Source of the DNA: Haliotis rufescens
Lineage: Eukaryota
Reading direction: 5' to 3'
NCBI RefSeq assembly: GCF_023055435.1
Contig: NW_025963779.1
Span: 16,058,001-16,122,000 of the forward strand
Length of the DNA: 64,000 nucleotides
Shown here: one piece after another, positions 1 to 13,428 of the stretch
Numbering within the stretch: the stretch's first letter is position 1
Layout of the letters: the number at the start of each line of letters is the position of its first letter
Translations under genes and position numbers: made by a program
Notes under the pieces: model-generated
Database searches by the model: none
What the model was told of the DNA's origin: nothing
What the model saw: only the letters and a program-made list of their open reading frames with translations

Positions 1-454
1 AACTTAAGTAATATGAAAGAATCAGGTCATCCATAACTTCTTTTGAGTAGTTTATATGTCTTAATGTGTCTAATTTGAAATGTTATACATTTTAATTAGT
101 TTACGTTGTTAAAAGTACAGTAACTTATTAATTTCCCAAAATATGGCAGCAAAATGGAGACAATGGAATTTTATGAAATCAATGGCAAGTTGTACTTTTC
201 CATCATGCCTCAAACGCCTGATAACGTCTCCAGTGCGGTTTGACATAAAGAAATCAGCTTTCTTAGTTTGCCTGACACAATTAATCCGGTAGCTGAACGT
301 CATAGCCACAGCTGCTCTCGACGGTAGCTAACGACCGACCGACCAGCACTGGGACACAAGGCGAGCCGGCATCGATTACACCACGGCCTAGTGCCTCACA
401 GACCTTGAGCAGCTGATACCCGAGGTACAACCTGACCTAGGCCGGGTAGATAGA

Positions 455-485
455 GGGTTGGGGTTGGGGTTGGGGTTGGGGTTGG
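455..485 (+). repeat. (GGGGTT)n G-rich microsatellite, potential G-quadruplex
   Basis: gggttggggttggggttggggttggggttgg: five G-runs with TT loops. Confidence 0.8.
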
Positions 486-1677
486 AATAAACCTAGATCT
501 TCACGGACAACTCCAGAAAGCAATAGTTACGGAATTTTTAAAAAAGAATTTTTCAGAAAGCGTTTATTAAAATTTAATGAATACAGTCTATAATTCAGAT
601 ATTATCGGGTCTGGAACGGGATGGAATTGAGGACACACATCCGTCTGTCTACAGACTCACAGATGAATGGAGACTTAGAGTGTTATCCAAAGTATGTTAG
701 GATATAGAAAGAACGATGTCGTTAGGTCAGGATGTGCGTCTTTGGTCTGATCAAGAACTCAATGGGGATACCATAAGTGTCAAGTGAAGTTTCAAAGAGG
801 TCATCAATAATTCGAACCCGTTCATCCAAGAATTTGTTTCCAGCACATATACTCAAAAAGTTGAAAAACTTTAATAGTCTACCTGCATGCGATATACGTA
901 GTTCGCCATGTTCACACACATAACCAATAGTTTCTGATGTTCTGGAGGCTAGTATGACGCCAACGACAGCATCAATTGCACCAAATACTTTTGTTGAATA
1001 TGTCTGAGGTTATACATAGATATGTACAGTAGTCATAGAGAATTATTTTAAGACTGCAGCTTTCCATTTCACTGCGATTGTTTTTAACTCCATTTATTAC
1101 GCTACAGTGCTGTTGACGTCATAAACCTTCCCGAGATTGCAATCCACCACGCATACCAATTGACAAGTAACGTCGAAAATGATTAATTGAATAACACATA
1201 CTTTCCCTACCGTTCTCCTGGGCAACTTCTTTTGGGAAATATTGAATAACAATGTAAGTTCAAATACATTTAAAACAACATTTATCACGTTGCTGACACG
1301 ACTAACGACAAAACGTAAGATGTGAATGAAATTCCTAATCGAATGGCTTACGTAATGGTTGAATAGAATGTGCTGCTTGACTTGAAATAGGCACAAGCAG
1401 ACGTGATTATAGCTAATCTTATAATCTGCTCAGTTACATTGGTGTGTCATAACCACCTCACAACAGACAGTAGACAAACATGCCGGTTGCACGTGATCCC
1501 CGTGCAGTGAGTTGTCAAACAGCCAACGATTGTGTGAAATACCGGGAAAGACATAGATACCGGCAACGTCAGTTGGCATGAAGACGTGCTCACGTCTGGG
1601 GTCGGGGGTCAGGCTGTGTGTGTGTGTGTGGGGGTGTAATGAATAAAAGCGAAACAACCCTTTCCATGTCCATAAGA

Positions 1678-1967
1678 GTGAGTGAGTGAGTGAGTGAGTT
1701 GGGTTTAACGCCGCTTTTAACAGTATTCCAGTTATATCGCGGCGTGTCAGCTTAATGTGGGAGGAAAGCCCGAAGTGATGCAGGTCTCAGACGTTTACCA
1801 CTTCGGTGAAACCCTACGAGCACGGGTATGGTGCTGACAAACCTAGAAACATAATCGGGGCGAACCGGGATTCGAACCAACAATCATAGGTTTCTGGCGT
1901 GCCCAAGGGACGTAACTCTGCACAGCGAATCGCGGCGCCTTAGACGACTGGGCTACCCGTGCCCCCT
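1678..1967 (-). mobile_element. SINE family B, full length (tRNA-like head, (TCAC)n tail)
   Basis: A-box-like TAGCCCAGTCGTCTAAGG and B-box GGTTCGAATCCC on minus strand; 13-bp TSD CATGTCCATAAGA at 1665-1677 and 1968-1980; many copies in window. Confidence 0.9.
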
Positions 1968-1989
1968 CATGTCCATAAGAAATCGTGAG

Positions 1990-2800
1990 AGTCGATTGTG
2001 CGACTACGACCATATCATGATCATATTGCTTGTGTTTGTGAATCACTATCAAACAATGATGACACCAGGTGTTCGCGTCCTGCCCCACCGGTGACACCCG
2101 TTACAAACACATGCAAAGGCATGTCCATTGTTTACCAGAAATAACACGGAAAAAGTCAAAATAGGGAATTCATTTTTGTCAGAAATGTCTTCTACATGTC
2201 TACCATAAAACGTTTTGAAAGCTTTACCGAGGCCTTGAATGTTGTAACCTTGATCAAACAACTTCTGAACAAGATTCATGTGGAAAGAGCATGCTCGATT
2301 GAATATGTCAAGAGTTTTAAAGTGTAAACACCAAAAGCTGGAGCTGCTGGAATATTGCTCGACACAAGGGAAAGTTGACTATTGGAAACTTGAAGTCCTC
2401 ACTCTTGTCATACAGTCTTGTGGAGAAATTCCGGTGTCATTTGCATAAAGAAACAGATCCACAAGAAGGGGAGCACAATTGGTGCCCATGGGGATGCCTA
2501 CTTCTAGCCTAAATGTCTTACCCTCAAATTTTACATGGATGTTATCAAGGAGGAAGTCCGTCATTTCACATACTGTTTTCACAGAAGACTTCAGATGACA
2601 TTTGCTTTCATTTTTTAACCACTGAAGATAGATACGTAGCTGTATCTGTGGTCACCACGTTTTGTAACAAATGCTCCATGGATCCATGAATGACGTTTTT
2701 TCTTAAGTTTGCCATTTTGGATAGTGGTGTACAAAGTTGAAAATCAAATGTTTTACAGAATGGAACTTGGTTCTTTTCCAAGAAACTAATCAATCGTGTG
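1990..2800 (-). mobile_element. Degenerate Penelope-like retroelement RT relic (internally deleted, frameshifted)
   Basis: Broken frames give KTFDF, FLLDNIHVKF..GIPMGTNCAPLLVDLFLY, SSNIPAAPAFGVY and AFKTFYGRH, motifs typical of invertebrate Penelope-like RTs; YxDD segment missing. Confidence 0.75.
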
Positions 2801-5427
2801 AAATACGGGGAAAGACATTAAAATATGAACGAATAATTCAAATATTTGGAAATAATTACTTGAGAGGTTTATTAAAACATAATTATTTTCAAATATTTGA
2901 ATAATACGTCATATTTTATGGTTGTCAATCATTCAAATCAGCTTGACAACCTTCTAATGAGGCTCAACATGAACGCCATTCAACCATGGCGTATCTAAAC
3001 ACTAACAGTGTATCAGTTTTCAATTGTACCATATACTAGTACCTGGGGGTGAGGTGGGTCACAATTTCTTTATTCCTATTAAGTATCACTAACCTTGCAT
3101 TCGCTGGAAGCGTGTTACAGTTGGAGCAAGGTCTTATGACGCTCATGCTCGATATGGGCAGTGAACTGGGTGTGTTAGGACCTTAACATGGTGATTATCT
3201 GGGTCTTGGGAAATATTATTACATTAAGCCAGGGGATTTCCATTATGATATGCTGAGTTTTCGTCATGTGAACAAAAATGAAATATATTCCTAAAAATGT
3301 TCCTTGAAATATGTATTTAGGTATGAATTTGGAACATTTCTCAATCTGTTGATGTTTCAACAAAGGGTGTTCGAGATGAATGTTCGATAAGTTTCCCAAT
3401 TTCTATATAAATACATTTATATTTGACATGCAATATGACATGCAAGTAACTTTGTTCTTCCTTCACCTAAGTCATTATAGAAATATGATCCTATCAAGTC
3501 AAACATAATAATCTCTCAGTTCAACAATCCTGTCATGTAAATGAATATATCGTATTTATATGTGACCAAAACAGAAACCATAGGTTCATTGACATTCCAA
3601 CAAATGAAGATCCCATTCGTTACATTCTCCGTAACGATATCAAATAAATATGTTCAAATATAACCCTAGCTTATTAAAATGTGTGTCTTTTGTGCTCATA
3701 AATATTCCAATAGTTCAGCCATGAATACCGCCAGTGTACTCCCGCCTGTTATACACATACTCCCCGCCTAAGCAGTGTTTACCTTTCATTGTTACGATGT
3801 TTATATTTATGTACATGTATATTTCCTGTCACTGCGCTAACAAGACACACACTAGCTAGTATATCGATTCTGCATGACGTAAGTTTGTGTGGCTGTGTAA
3901 TAAAATGTATTTGTAAACCAGAGGTGTCTAATATTCCACGATAAAAGATTGTACCATAAACATTTTCATACAATAGTTAAACATGCGTTATCTTGACTAG
4001 TTTGAAACCATCGTTAACCACCGACAGACAATACATTTACAAATAAAATACTACCGTAATTAAACACAATACCTCAAATTCACCGATATTTGAAATTAAA
4101 TATGATAAAGTTTACAGACACTTTTTTTCATGATTATTCCTAGATGATTATTCAAATTTATGTCGTTAAAAACATTGGTTAAGATCAAAATAAACCCCTC
4201 AAATGGGGAAATCAGTACTGTTAGTGTGAGGTTTATATTTGTTGCCCTTGGTAAACATACTACACAAATATTAAAAATGGATATAGAAGATCGAATGATT
4301 TAAGAAGCCGGTAGAAAGTGGGGTCGGTCAAAGGGGCTCTCTTTCCCCGTGTCTTTTTGTGATATACTTGGATGGCAAAGCCTTGTACGAGGAAATCAGA
4401 TCTAGCCATTAGATATGACTTTCATACAAACTATGACTTGCTCGAGTGCGTGATTGCCAGCTACTTCAGCTCTTTGTGCTGGTATTTAAGGGGATTTCGA
4501 GAAGAGAGTAAGAGGGGCAGGGAGTAGGGTGTTGATATATTTTGTTTACCTCTCCATGGAGCTGAGACGACTGACCATCCAAGGAATGTTCAAGGTAACG
4601 CTTGTATGAATAATCCATCTTTAAAGAGGACGTGAGATGTCGCATAGGTGAAAGAGAATTCTTCTTGTTGTAAGTCACTGTAAGTTTATGTAACATATAG
4701 CTTTGGCTGGCTGGCTTTGCTTGAATCACGGGGTGGAAAGACAGTATGCACACACAAGATCCAAGACACTTGGCAGAAAAGTTTCATATCTCAGAACATG
4801 ATAGTGAAGTCACAAGATAGATGTAGGACGATATCCAACCTGGAAATGTTCAGTCACTCGCCTCGATCAACCCTGTTGTCCAGTTCACTATGTCAGACAC
4901 ACGTTATCAAGTATTCTCCTGCAATGTGTGCAGATTTGGTCCTTGCACACCGAGGATGAACGTATCACAGATATGTGTAACGGCTACATAAGAAATGCTG
5001 AAGTAAATACTGTTTTGTTAATTATTCTTGGAAATATTGAATCGTTTTACAATATTGTCAAAATATGTATATATATATCAACACACGGGAAAACATTAAT
5101 CATTGATAGCTCCTTCGAAAATCAAATTCGAAATTCCAGACACTGGAATCCATTACGGATAACATTATGTGCACGAACTACACCATTTCAGTATATCTCT
5201 TGGGTGGTGTTCTTAACGCCTATTCCTAAAGGAATACTAAAGTTACTACACTGACACTGGGTAAAAATGTTTAACTCGTAACAACTATACCGGAACCTGA
5301 AAGACATTTTCAGATGAAGACAGTCCTTGAGACTCAATCCCATCATGCATTGCTCGGACAGGTCATCCTCCAGAAGCATCTGGGCACAACATAGATACAA
5401 AAACACAAACACTATGGACAAAACTAG

Positions 5428-6528
5428 TCAGTCTTCGCTATACACGATATGTACAGCTGTGTCGGTTTGCGGAGGGTCATCTGAGTAGTCTATCACCTGC
5501 TCGGGGGGTTCCTCAGCATCAAACTGAACCCCCCTCAGCCATTCAAATATCCTCTCCAACCTCTCTGTCTCATTTTCAGAATCCTCACCATTTTGCAATT
5601 GTCTATTCTTCAACTCCTCGGTTACCCGATCTGGGTATGCTTGAGACGTGTAGGTTTTGTTGATAGCCGGGGTGGAATTGAATCTTTTTAAAGTGTTTGT
5701 ATTAAATCCATTTTTACGTGTGGATTTGGTAAGGTTGTCCATTTTCCCCACTGACAAGGCGTTCTTGGATAGCTGCGAGTTCCTTCTCTTGTTATTAGCT
5801 GTTAGTTCATTTTCAGAATAATTTCTTCTCAGGACGGCTCGTTTGTTATCAATTTCGTACCTTTCTATGGGAAATATCTCCTCATCATTATTGTTCAATT
5901 CACCCTCCAATCTGTAATGGCCTTTGGAAAGGCCTCTGTCCGTGGAAGTTGACCTGTATCCCGATCCACTCTCTCTGGTAGGACTTACTGGCTTTCTTTC
6001 GAACAGCGTCCCTAGCTTGGTGGTCGAACCAGCACTTTTATCAGTGTCACACCACGACCGTGTCTTGGACGAAAGATAACCAGGCTGACCTGACGGGATG
6101 GAATTCACCGACGAGGAGGACTGGCTGTTCGGGGAACGTGTTAGTATACCTTTAATGGAACTGTCACTGTGGTTCCGAGGCAAACGACCGTTTTTGAATC
6201 TCTGATAGAAGTTGGACCGTTCAGTAATGGAACCTGAGGATGTCCGGTTACCTCTTGAATCCGACCGGTCCACGATTGGCGGGAGTTCGGGTGCGCTCAT
6301 CCTGCGATAACCACAACTCCTTCTAAATGTCCTCTCCTCTTCATCCGAATCATCTGGGAGGTCGAAGGTAACTGCGCTCCCTCTCCGTTTAGACTTAGGA
6401 TTAACACCGGTCGACAATCCACCCGGTAAACGCGAGCTTGCTACACTTCCTCGTCGCGAGGTGCTCGCTTCTACACTGTCACTCGTCAAATGATCGCTGT
6501 CGTCTGCTCGCATGGTGCGCATGCGCAT
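5428..6528 (-). CDS. Uncharacterised 366-aa Ser/Arg-rich, probably disordered protein; single coding exon
   Basis: 1.1-kb non-repetitive ORF with higher GC than its flanks; ACAATG start with in-frame TAG at 6544-6546; splice acceptor (tctttcag|) at 6696 implies a 5'UTR intron; ends DDPPQTDTAVHIVYSED*. Confidence 0.8.
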   Translation of the reverse strand: MRMRTMRADDSDHLTSDSVEASTSRRGSVASSRLPGGLSTGVNPKSKRRGSAVTFDLPDDSDEEERTFRRSCGYRRMSAPELPPIVDRSDSRGNRTSSGSITERSNFYQRFKNGRLPRNHSDSSIKGILTRSPNSQSSSSVNSIPSGQPGYLSSKTRSWCDTDKSAGSTTKLGTLFERKPVSPTRESGSGYRSTSTDRGLSKGHYRLEGELNNNDEEIFPIERYEIDNKRAVLRRNYSENELTANNKRRNSQLSKNALSVGKMDNLTKSTRKNGFNTNTLKRFNSTPAINKTYTSQAYPDRVTEELKNRQLQNGEDSENETERLERIFEWLRGVQFDAEEPPEQVIDYSDDPPQTDTAVHIVYSED

Positions 6529-7472
6529 TGTGCCCCGGCAGGGCTATATGATAGGCTGATCAGCTGTATTGAGGTATATGGAGCGTGTTCAATTGAGCCG
6601 GCACACTACCACGTTTCCATTGCGGGTGGAACGCAGCGTTACTTCAAGGTCTGGGCATAATTCCATTTGACGTAACAGTCCTGCACGCAAGTTCCCTGAA
6701 AGACATAATTGATTTGTTGGTCAATATGAGGCAACACCACTCAGTTCTAAAGTCTTAGCAGCACTGGTAATATAACCCGTGGTAGCGGTAGCTCTTGTGT
6801 TGCATTCGCCATAGTTTAGACATTGATTAGAGACGGTCTGCACTCAGTGGGAACATTGAACACGGCGCTTCTATCAGTTGCTTCAAAGTAGTTATTACAT
6901 TATCGTTGGGAAAATCTCACCACAACTTGACTGAATGTGTATTGTTTATAAATGAATTTGTCGGTATTATTTGACTAATTATTATCTTTATTCAATATGG
7001 TATTCGTAATATGACATCTTTTTATTTGAAAATAAAAACTGGAAAGTTTGTCGATAAAATAAGGATGAACTAGTGCTAGTACATGTTTACGGCAGGGGAC
7101 AGCATAGAGACTGGTAAACCAATAGAGAAAGAAGATAGGACATTCGCATGTGGCGGATATAGAAACAGGTAGATGCTTTTGTGAAATAACCTACTCGATT
7201 ATGGATTTAATAATATTATAGAATCACCTGAAAAATATGTTTTTATATCATTTTATAAATACGATTGGTTGGCAGATGTTTATTGTTATATTTATATGCC
7301 CGAGTCTAATGTCTAAAGTAGAAACTATGTTTATGAGGCCCGTACTAAAAAAATAAAGTCACACTGAATGGAAAATAGTTCTAAAAAAGCGCAACAGAAA
7401 CAGTTGAGCAAACAGTTTAGAAATTTAGAATACAGTTCATTTCCAACATGTAGGGTCGGTGGTGAAGGGAAA

Positions 7473-7700
7473 CCCTTGGACAAGCCAGAAACCTATGATT
7501 GTAGGTTCGAATCCCGGTTCGCCCCGATTATGTTTCTAGGTTTGTCAGCACCATACCCGTGCTCGTCGGTTTCATCGAAGTGGTAAACGTCTGAGACCTG
7601 CATCACTTCGGGCTTTCCTCCCACATTAAGCTGACACGCCGCGATATAACTGGAATACTGTTAAAAGCGGCGTTAAACCCAACTCACTCACTCACTCACT
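7473..7700 (+). mobile_element. SINE family B, 5'-truncated
   Basis: Near-identical to the reverse complement of 1678-1900; (TCAC)n tail. Confidence 0.85.
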
Positions 7701-8239
7701 GCAATATAGTGCAGCCACCAAGTATTCACCTTGTTCTGGTGGCCCTGTCAGCAGGCTTCACGTGTGGAAGGGTAACGTAGTCCGCCAATCACCTGGAACC
7801 AGACATGTTTGAATATACTTCATGTCTAATGTAATAGTTAAGTACTAAAACACACCAATTTATTCTTCCTCTTAATTTGTTTGTAGATGTACGTTCTTAC
7901 CTCCGTGAAAGAACTATCTGTATTTAAAGCTTTTATGGATTGGTCTAAATGTAACTCAGTATATAAATGTTTTAGGTTATTAAGTTTATTGGATTGTAGT
8001 GTATTGGTGGATCAGTGTATAGAATGTGTGAACGTTTTGTTTGCGTATCGATTGAAATGTGTATTGTAGGAATAGTTGCTTGTTGCATTGAAATATTAGT
8101 GTATCGGTTGTTTGTGTATTGTACACTAATGACTGGGTTATTTGCTGTCTGCGTGACAACGAGGTGTAATGGCGCGGATCGGGGGGGGGGGGGGGGGGGG
8201 GGTATTGAGTATTGCTTTGTGTATGGATGTGTATATAAA

Positions 8240-9068
8240 TGGATGTGAGTATTGGTTGAGATGTGTATTGAAGGAGATGTGTATTGATGGAGATGTGTAT
8301 TGGTGGGTATGTGTATTGATGGATATGTGTTTTGGTGGGTATGTGTATTGATGGAGATGTGTATTGGTGGAGATGTGTATTGATGGAGATGTGTATTGAT
8401 GGAGATGTGTATTGATGGAGATGTGTATTGGTGGAGATGGGTATTGAGGGAGATGTGTATTGATGGAGATGTGTATTGATGGAGATCAGTATTGGTTGAG
8501 ATGTGTATTGGTGGAGATGTGTATTGATGGAGATGTGTATTGATGGAGATGTGTATTGGTGGAGATGGGTATTGAGGGAGATGTGTATTGATGGAGATGT
8601 GTATTGGTGGGTATGTGTATTGATGGATATGTGTATTGATGGAGATGTGTATTGATGGAGATGTGTATTGATGGAGATGCGTATTGATTGAGATGTGTAT
8701 TGGTGGATATGTGTATTGATGGATATGTGTATTGGTGGAGATGTGTATTGATGGAGATGTGTATTGATGGAGATGTGTATTGATGGACATTTGTATTGAT
8801 GGATATGTGTATTGGTGGAGATGTGAATTGATGGAGATGTGTATTGATGGAGATGTGTATTGATGGAGATGTGTATTGATGGAGATGCGTATTGATTGAG
8901 ATGTGTATTGGTGGATATGTGTATTGATGGATATGTGTATTGGTGGAGATGTGTATTGATGGAGATGTGTATTGATGGAGATTTGTATTGATGGATATGT
9001 GTATTGGTGGAGATGTGTATTGATGGAGATGTGTATTGATGGAGATGTGTATTGATGGAGATGTGTAT
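8240..9068. repeat. 16-bp minisatellite (GATGTGTATTGATGGA)n
   Basis: About 50 tandem units; source of the spurious ORF 7972..9318. Confidence 0.95.
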
Positions 9069-10469
9069 TTAGGAGAAGTGCGTAAATAAAGGTGTTGTTG
9101 GATGTGAATATCAGTGTAAGGGCATATTGGTGAAATAGCGTGTTGGTATATTCTCCCGTTATCGTGTCAAAGTTTGCAATAAAATATAAACTTTGCATTT
9201 CTTTGTAGAAATAAATCGACGTGTTCCCACTAATTAACAAAGTATTTTTATCAACGGGGACACATATCATGCACCAATCGACCCAGTGTTGTGGGGAAAC
9301 ACACACCATGCCACACACATGACACTATCAAACTGTTACGACCGTTCACGATGCGATCTAGTAAAGGGAGATAACTCACCGCTGTGAGTCACTTCATATT
9401 AACCAACACTCATACAGCTCCTTGAGTCTTGGGTGAAGTATGTATGTATCTGCATTGTGCCTCAAATAGACTCTTTATCAAACAACAAAACACTTCCAGA
9501 CTGTCGTCTACCTGCAGGTTCAAGTGTAACAAACAGAGTCATATTCATTTACCCCGATCTGACGTCCTGAGTTGCTGATGTTCTGCGAAGTGTTTGTTCA
9601 ATGCCATTAAGATGACAAAATGCATTTTCCTGAATAGGATTCAGTTCATTTGTTTCAATGAAACAACAGAGCGTATACATTTTATTTCCACTTCCCCGCA
9701 CCGTATACCTACCTCGCTCATATCCACACAGGCAGATACTTGCAATAAACAATGTTACCTGTATACCCCGGACAACGGTAGTCCGGACACCTCACATTCC
9801 GGTCGATTACCTTTAGGTACGACTATATTAATTCAAACTGGAAATTTTCTCCAACAACACTTTATTTTTATGACAATCCAGCAGGTTGTATTTGTTTGTT
9901 TGTTTGTTGTTTAACGCCCCACTCAGCAACACTCCGGCTATATGACGGCGGTCTGTAAATAATCGAGTCTGGACCACCTGAGGACCATTTTGTTTTCAAA
10001 GCATTAAAAGACTATAACATCCCTTAACAGGACGATAAACGGGATCTCACAGTTTAAATTAACCATAACATAACATCGAAAGGTGTAACTCGCATTTTAG
10101 GAACAGCGGTCAGTGACTCTACTTCCGTCCTGTATATAATTTATTACATTGATAGTGCCTCGTAGATCAGCCTAGTATAGTATCGACTATTTACAACCGT
10201 ACATTGTTACAATTCCTTAAATACTCTACTGACACATAGGCTACCCCCACTGGTCAGCCACTAGCCACTAGCCACAATACGTAACCACATGTACCTGCTT
10301 GGAATGATTAATGGTTTTGGATATAACCCAGCCAAGGGGGTCCCACATAAGATGGCAAGTCAACAAGTATATTACTACACCGATAAGAAATGTCACTAAC
10401 ACAACAAGGGCCCGTTGAATGCTTCTTCTGAAGATTCTGGGCTCTGGCCAAATAGTATCTAATGTACTG

Positions 10470-11035
10470 TTGGGTAGGATTCAAGGTGCTGGGAAAATAG
10501 GATTCAAGGCAATCGTCATATTGGACTCAATGTTCTGTCAAATACGATGCAAGATTCAAGGCACTGTTTGAAGAGATGCAAAGTAACAGATAGAATTCGA
10601 GGTACTATCGGACAGGATTCAAGTTTGCTTGTTTGGTTTGTTTGTTTTTGTTTTTTTTAACGCCACGCTCAGCAATATTCTAGCTATATGACGGCGGTCT
10701 GTAAATAATCGAGTTTGGACCAGACAATCCAGTGATTAATATCATGAGCATCGATCCACGCAATTGGGATACGATGACATGTATCAACCAAGTCAGCGAA
10801 TCTGACAACACGATCCCGTTAGTCGCCACTTACGACAAGCATGGTCGCCTTTTACAGCAAGCATGGGTGGCTGAAGACCTATTCCACCCCGGATCTTCAC
10901 GGTTCGGACAGGATTCAAGATACTGTCGGATGGGATCAAAGTTTTGAGCAGATAGGATTCAATATACTGTCGGATAGGTTTCAGGCATGGTCAGATAGGA
11001 TTCAATTACGTGTTACATCAGATTCAAGATAAAAT
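10470..11035. repeat. Degenerate ~22-bp tandem repeat (..GATAGGATTCAAGGTACTGTC..) interrupted by a SINE
   Basis: Recurrent AGGATTCAAG units on both sides of the SINE C insertion. Confidence 0.6.
10624..10903 (-). mobile_element. SINE family C, full length (non-tRNA structured head)
   Basis: 16-bp TSD TCGGACAGGATTCAAG at 10608-10623 and 10904-10919; (AAAC)n tail. Confidence 0.9.
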
Positions 11036-12475
11036 TCAATGTACGGGAAACTGTCTGGTTGCGTTTATTATATGGCCACATACAACAGTCTGAATCATTG
11101 TATCAAAGCACCAATCTCGATCCTTGGACTGTTAGGATGACCAGCGGTCAGTCTGGTCCTTGGGCTGACATTTCTCTGGATGCTTGAGCCACGAGCTGTC
11201 ATGCTAACAGTGAATACATGGAACCGTTGTATGTGTCATAGTTCTAAAATCACTATAATAAACCCATAATTATAGTGGTCATATTTCAATAATACGTTTC
11301 GTATTTTCTCAATATTTTATCTTACAACTAGCCAAACCTAATATATTTCTGAAGATAATGTTAGTCAGTTGCCGTGCACGCAACTGACCGTCACAAACCA
11401 GTGACTCTGGATTATCTAACTCAGCCAGACGGCCACGCTAGGGTTATGCCCCATGCTGTGTATGGCCGAACGCACCATCATTTTACTATCAGATAGGTGG
11501 AATATAATAAAGGATATTACGTGGTCAGTGCGCTCCGTAACTGTCGATAATTGTAATTAATATACCACACATGTGGCAGATTTAGATCATTTTCAATATT
11601 GGTAACTAACGCGTTCTATAGAAGGCCTGAGTCCCTATATATACGGAGTCCAGTGGCAGATACTTCACTCTGCCACGAATAAAGACGTAAATGGACTCAG
11701 AAGCCTTCTCTCTGTTTTAAGGTGATAGCCGAGTAATCAGCTATACCAAGTTAAATCCCCCACTATCTTGGACATTGTGACGTAGCAAACGGGACCACGC
11801 CCACACAAGGCAAAACGGTCCCAAAGACAAGCTACGACATATGTATGTGGTGGGTTATTTTCTTTCAAAGGCAGCTTGTATTATAAATGTTCAGTTAAAA
11901 AATGAAATGTTTGGACACTGGTGCCCCACATTTGTCGACGTACCAACCAAAAGAGCCATTTATCGAGATAGACAATGTTGATCAACTATATTAATAGTTA
12001 TATAAGATATGTAAAGAAATAGAATACCGCCCAATACATTTAAATAAGATGATTACGAAACACCGCCATGTACTATTAAGTGAAATCATTTCTATAGAGC
12101 ACAACACGTACCATGATATAACCAAACAAACCAAATCGATTACCCAGTTGGAAGTTACATTGTGACTGACAATGTCATTTGCTATCGACAGTTTTCGTCA
12201 AACATACAAAGTGACACCGCCAGATCATGCCTAATTAGCATGACAAAACACGCCCTGCTCACATGCTCCAAGAGTCCATGTCACATGGTCTAATAGTACG
12301 TCGGCCTGCGCGACACATATTCTATTTATTGCCGCCTTATTGGTGTACTCTACAAGGTATGGCCACACTGGCTAGTGTCAACTGACCTTAACGTATGGTC
12401 AGTTTGACCGTCGGACCGACCTTATCTGAATGAGGTTGGGGCTTAACTCCATTTCAGCAGTATGGCGGTCGTATA

Positions 12476-12635
12476 GTGAGTGAGTGAGTATGGTTTTACG
12501 CCGCTTTTAGCAATATTCCAGCACTATCACGACGGGGGACACCTGAAATCGGCTTCACACATTGTTCCCATGTCGGGAATGGAACCCGGGTCTTCGGCGT
12601 GACGAGCGAACGCTTTAACCACTAGGCTACGCGAC
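12476..12635 (-). mobile_element. SINE family A (tRNA-Asp-like head)
   Basis: Head TAGCCTAGTGGTTAAAGCG..CTCGTCACG..GGTTCC; (TCAC)n tail; matches 39966-40132. Confidence 0.85.
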
Positions 12636-13190
12636 TGCATGTACATTCATGCATTTAGAAGCTACCTTTCTGTTGTAAGAAGATCCAAAACCTCTCTCTA
12701 TATATATATAATTGTTGTTAGGTATGATTGAAATTGCTGGAAACGACGTACAGCACTGACCTGTAAAGATACTGGTTAGAATTGATCTTCAGCAACCCAC
12801 TAACGGGATCGGGTGGTCAGGCTTGCTGACTTGGTTGATGTATGTCATCTTCTCCAAAATATAACTAAGGCCGATAGATTCCTAGCTCAGACTTTTGTCA
12901 ATTGTTACTTCTTACTGTTAAAAATTACAGACATTTGATTGTCAAATGCCAAAAAAATGTAAGTTATATATTAATACAAAATATCATTCACATTTAACAT
13001 AGTTAGAAGATATCTAATACGTTCAAGCGCACAAACCAGAATGACTGGCTAATGGGGATATAGAGTCCTTGTGGGTACTCAGTTTGACAAGTTAGACTAT
13101 CAGGGCAGAATATGGGTCTTCCATCTCGCGGTAATCAGCAATCACTCAGTTATTTCAACGTCTTGTCCTAACTGGTTAACAAAGCGTAAC

Positions 13191-13428
13191 ACCCTTGAAT
13201 ATACGGGTTTGAATAGGTCTTCAGCAACCGACTATGCTTGTAAGGAGCGACTAACGGGACGGGGGCCAGGCTAGCTGACTTGGTTGATGCATGTAATCGT
13301 ATCCCAAGTGCGTGGATCGATGGTCATGATGTCAATCACTAGATATTCTGATCCTGACTCGATTATTTACAGACCGCCGTCATATAGCTGGAATACTGCT
13401 GAGTGCGACGATAAACAACAAACAAACA
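13191..13428 (+). mobile_element. SINE family C, diverged
   Basis: Aligns with 46173-46411. Confidence 0.8.

Noticed and set aside
600-1400. Possible decayed coding sequence on the plus strand
   Set aside because: Many stops and no recognisable motif; needs BLASTX
3000-4226. CACTA-type transposon bounded by CACTAACAGT / ACTGTTAGTG
   Set aside because: Only 10-11 bp of inverted match, no clear TSD and no second copy in the window
7972-9318. 448-aa His/Ile/Thr repeat ORF
   Set aside because: Translation of a 16-bp minisatellite that cycles through frames
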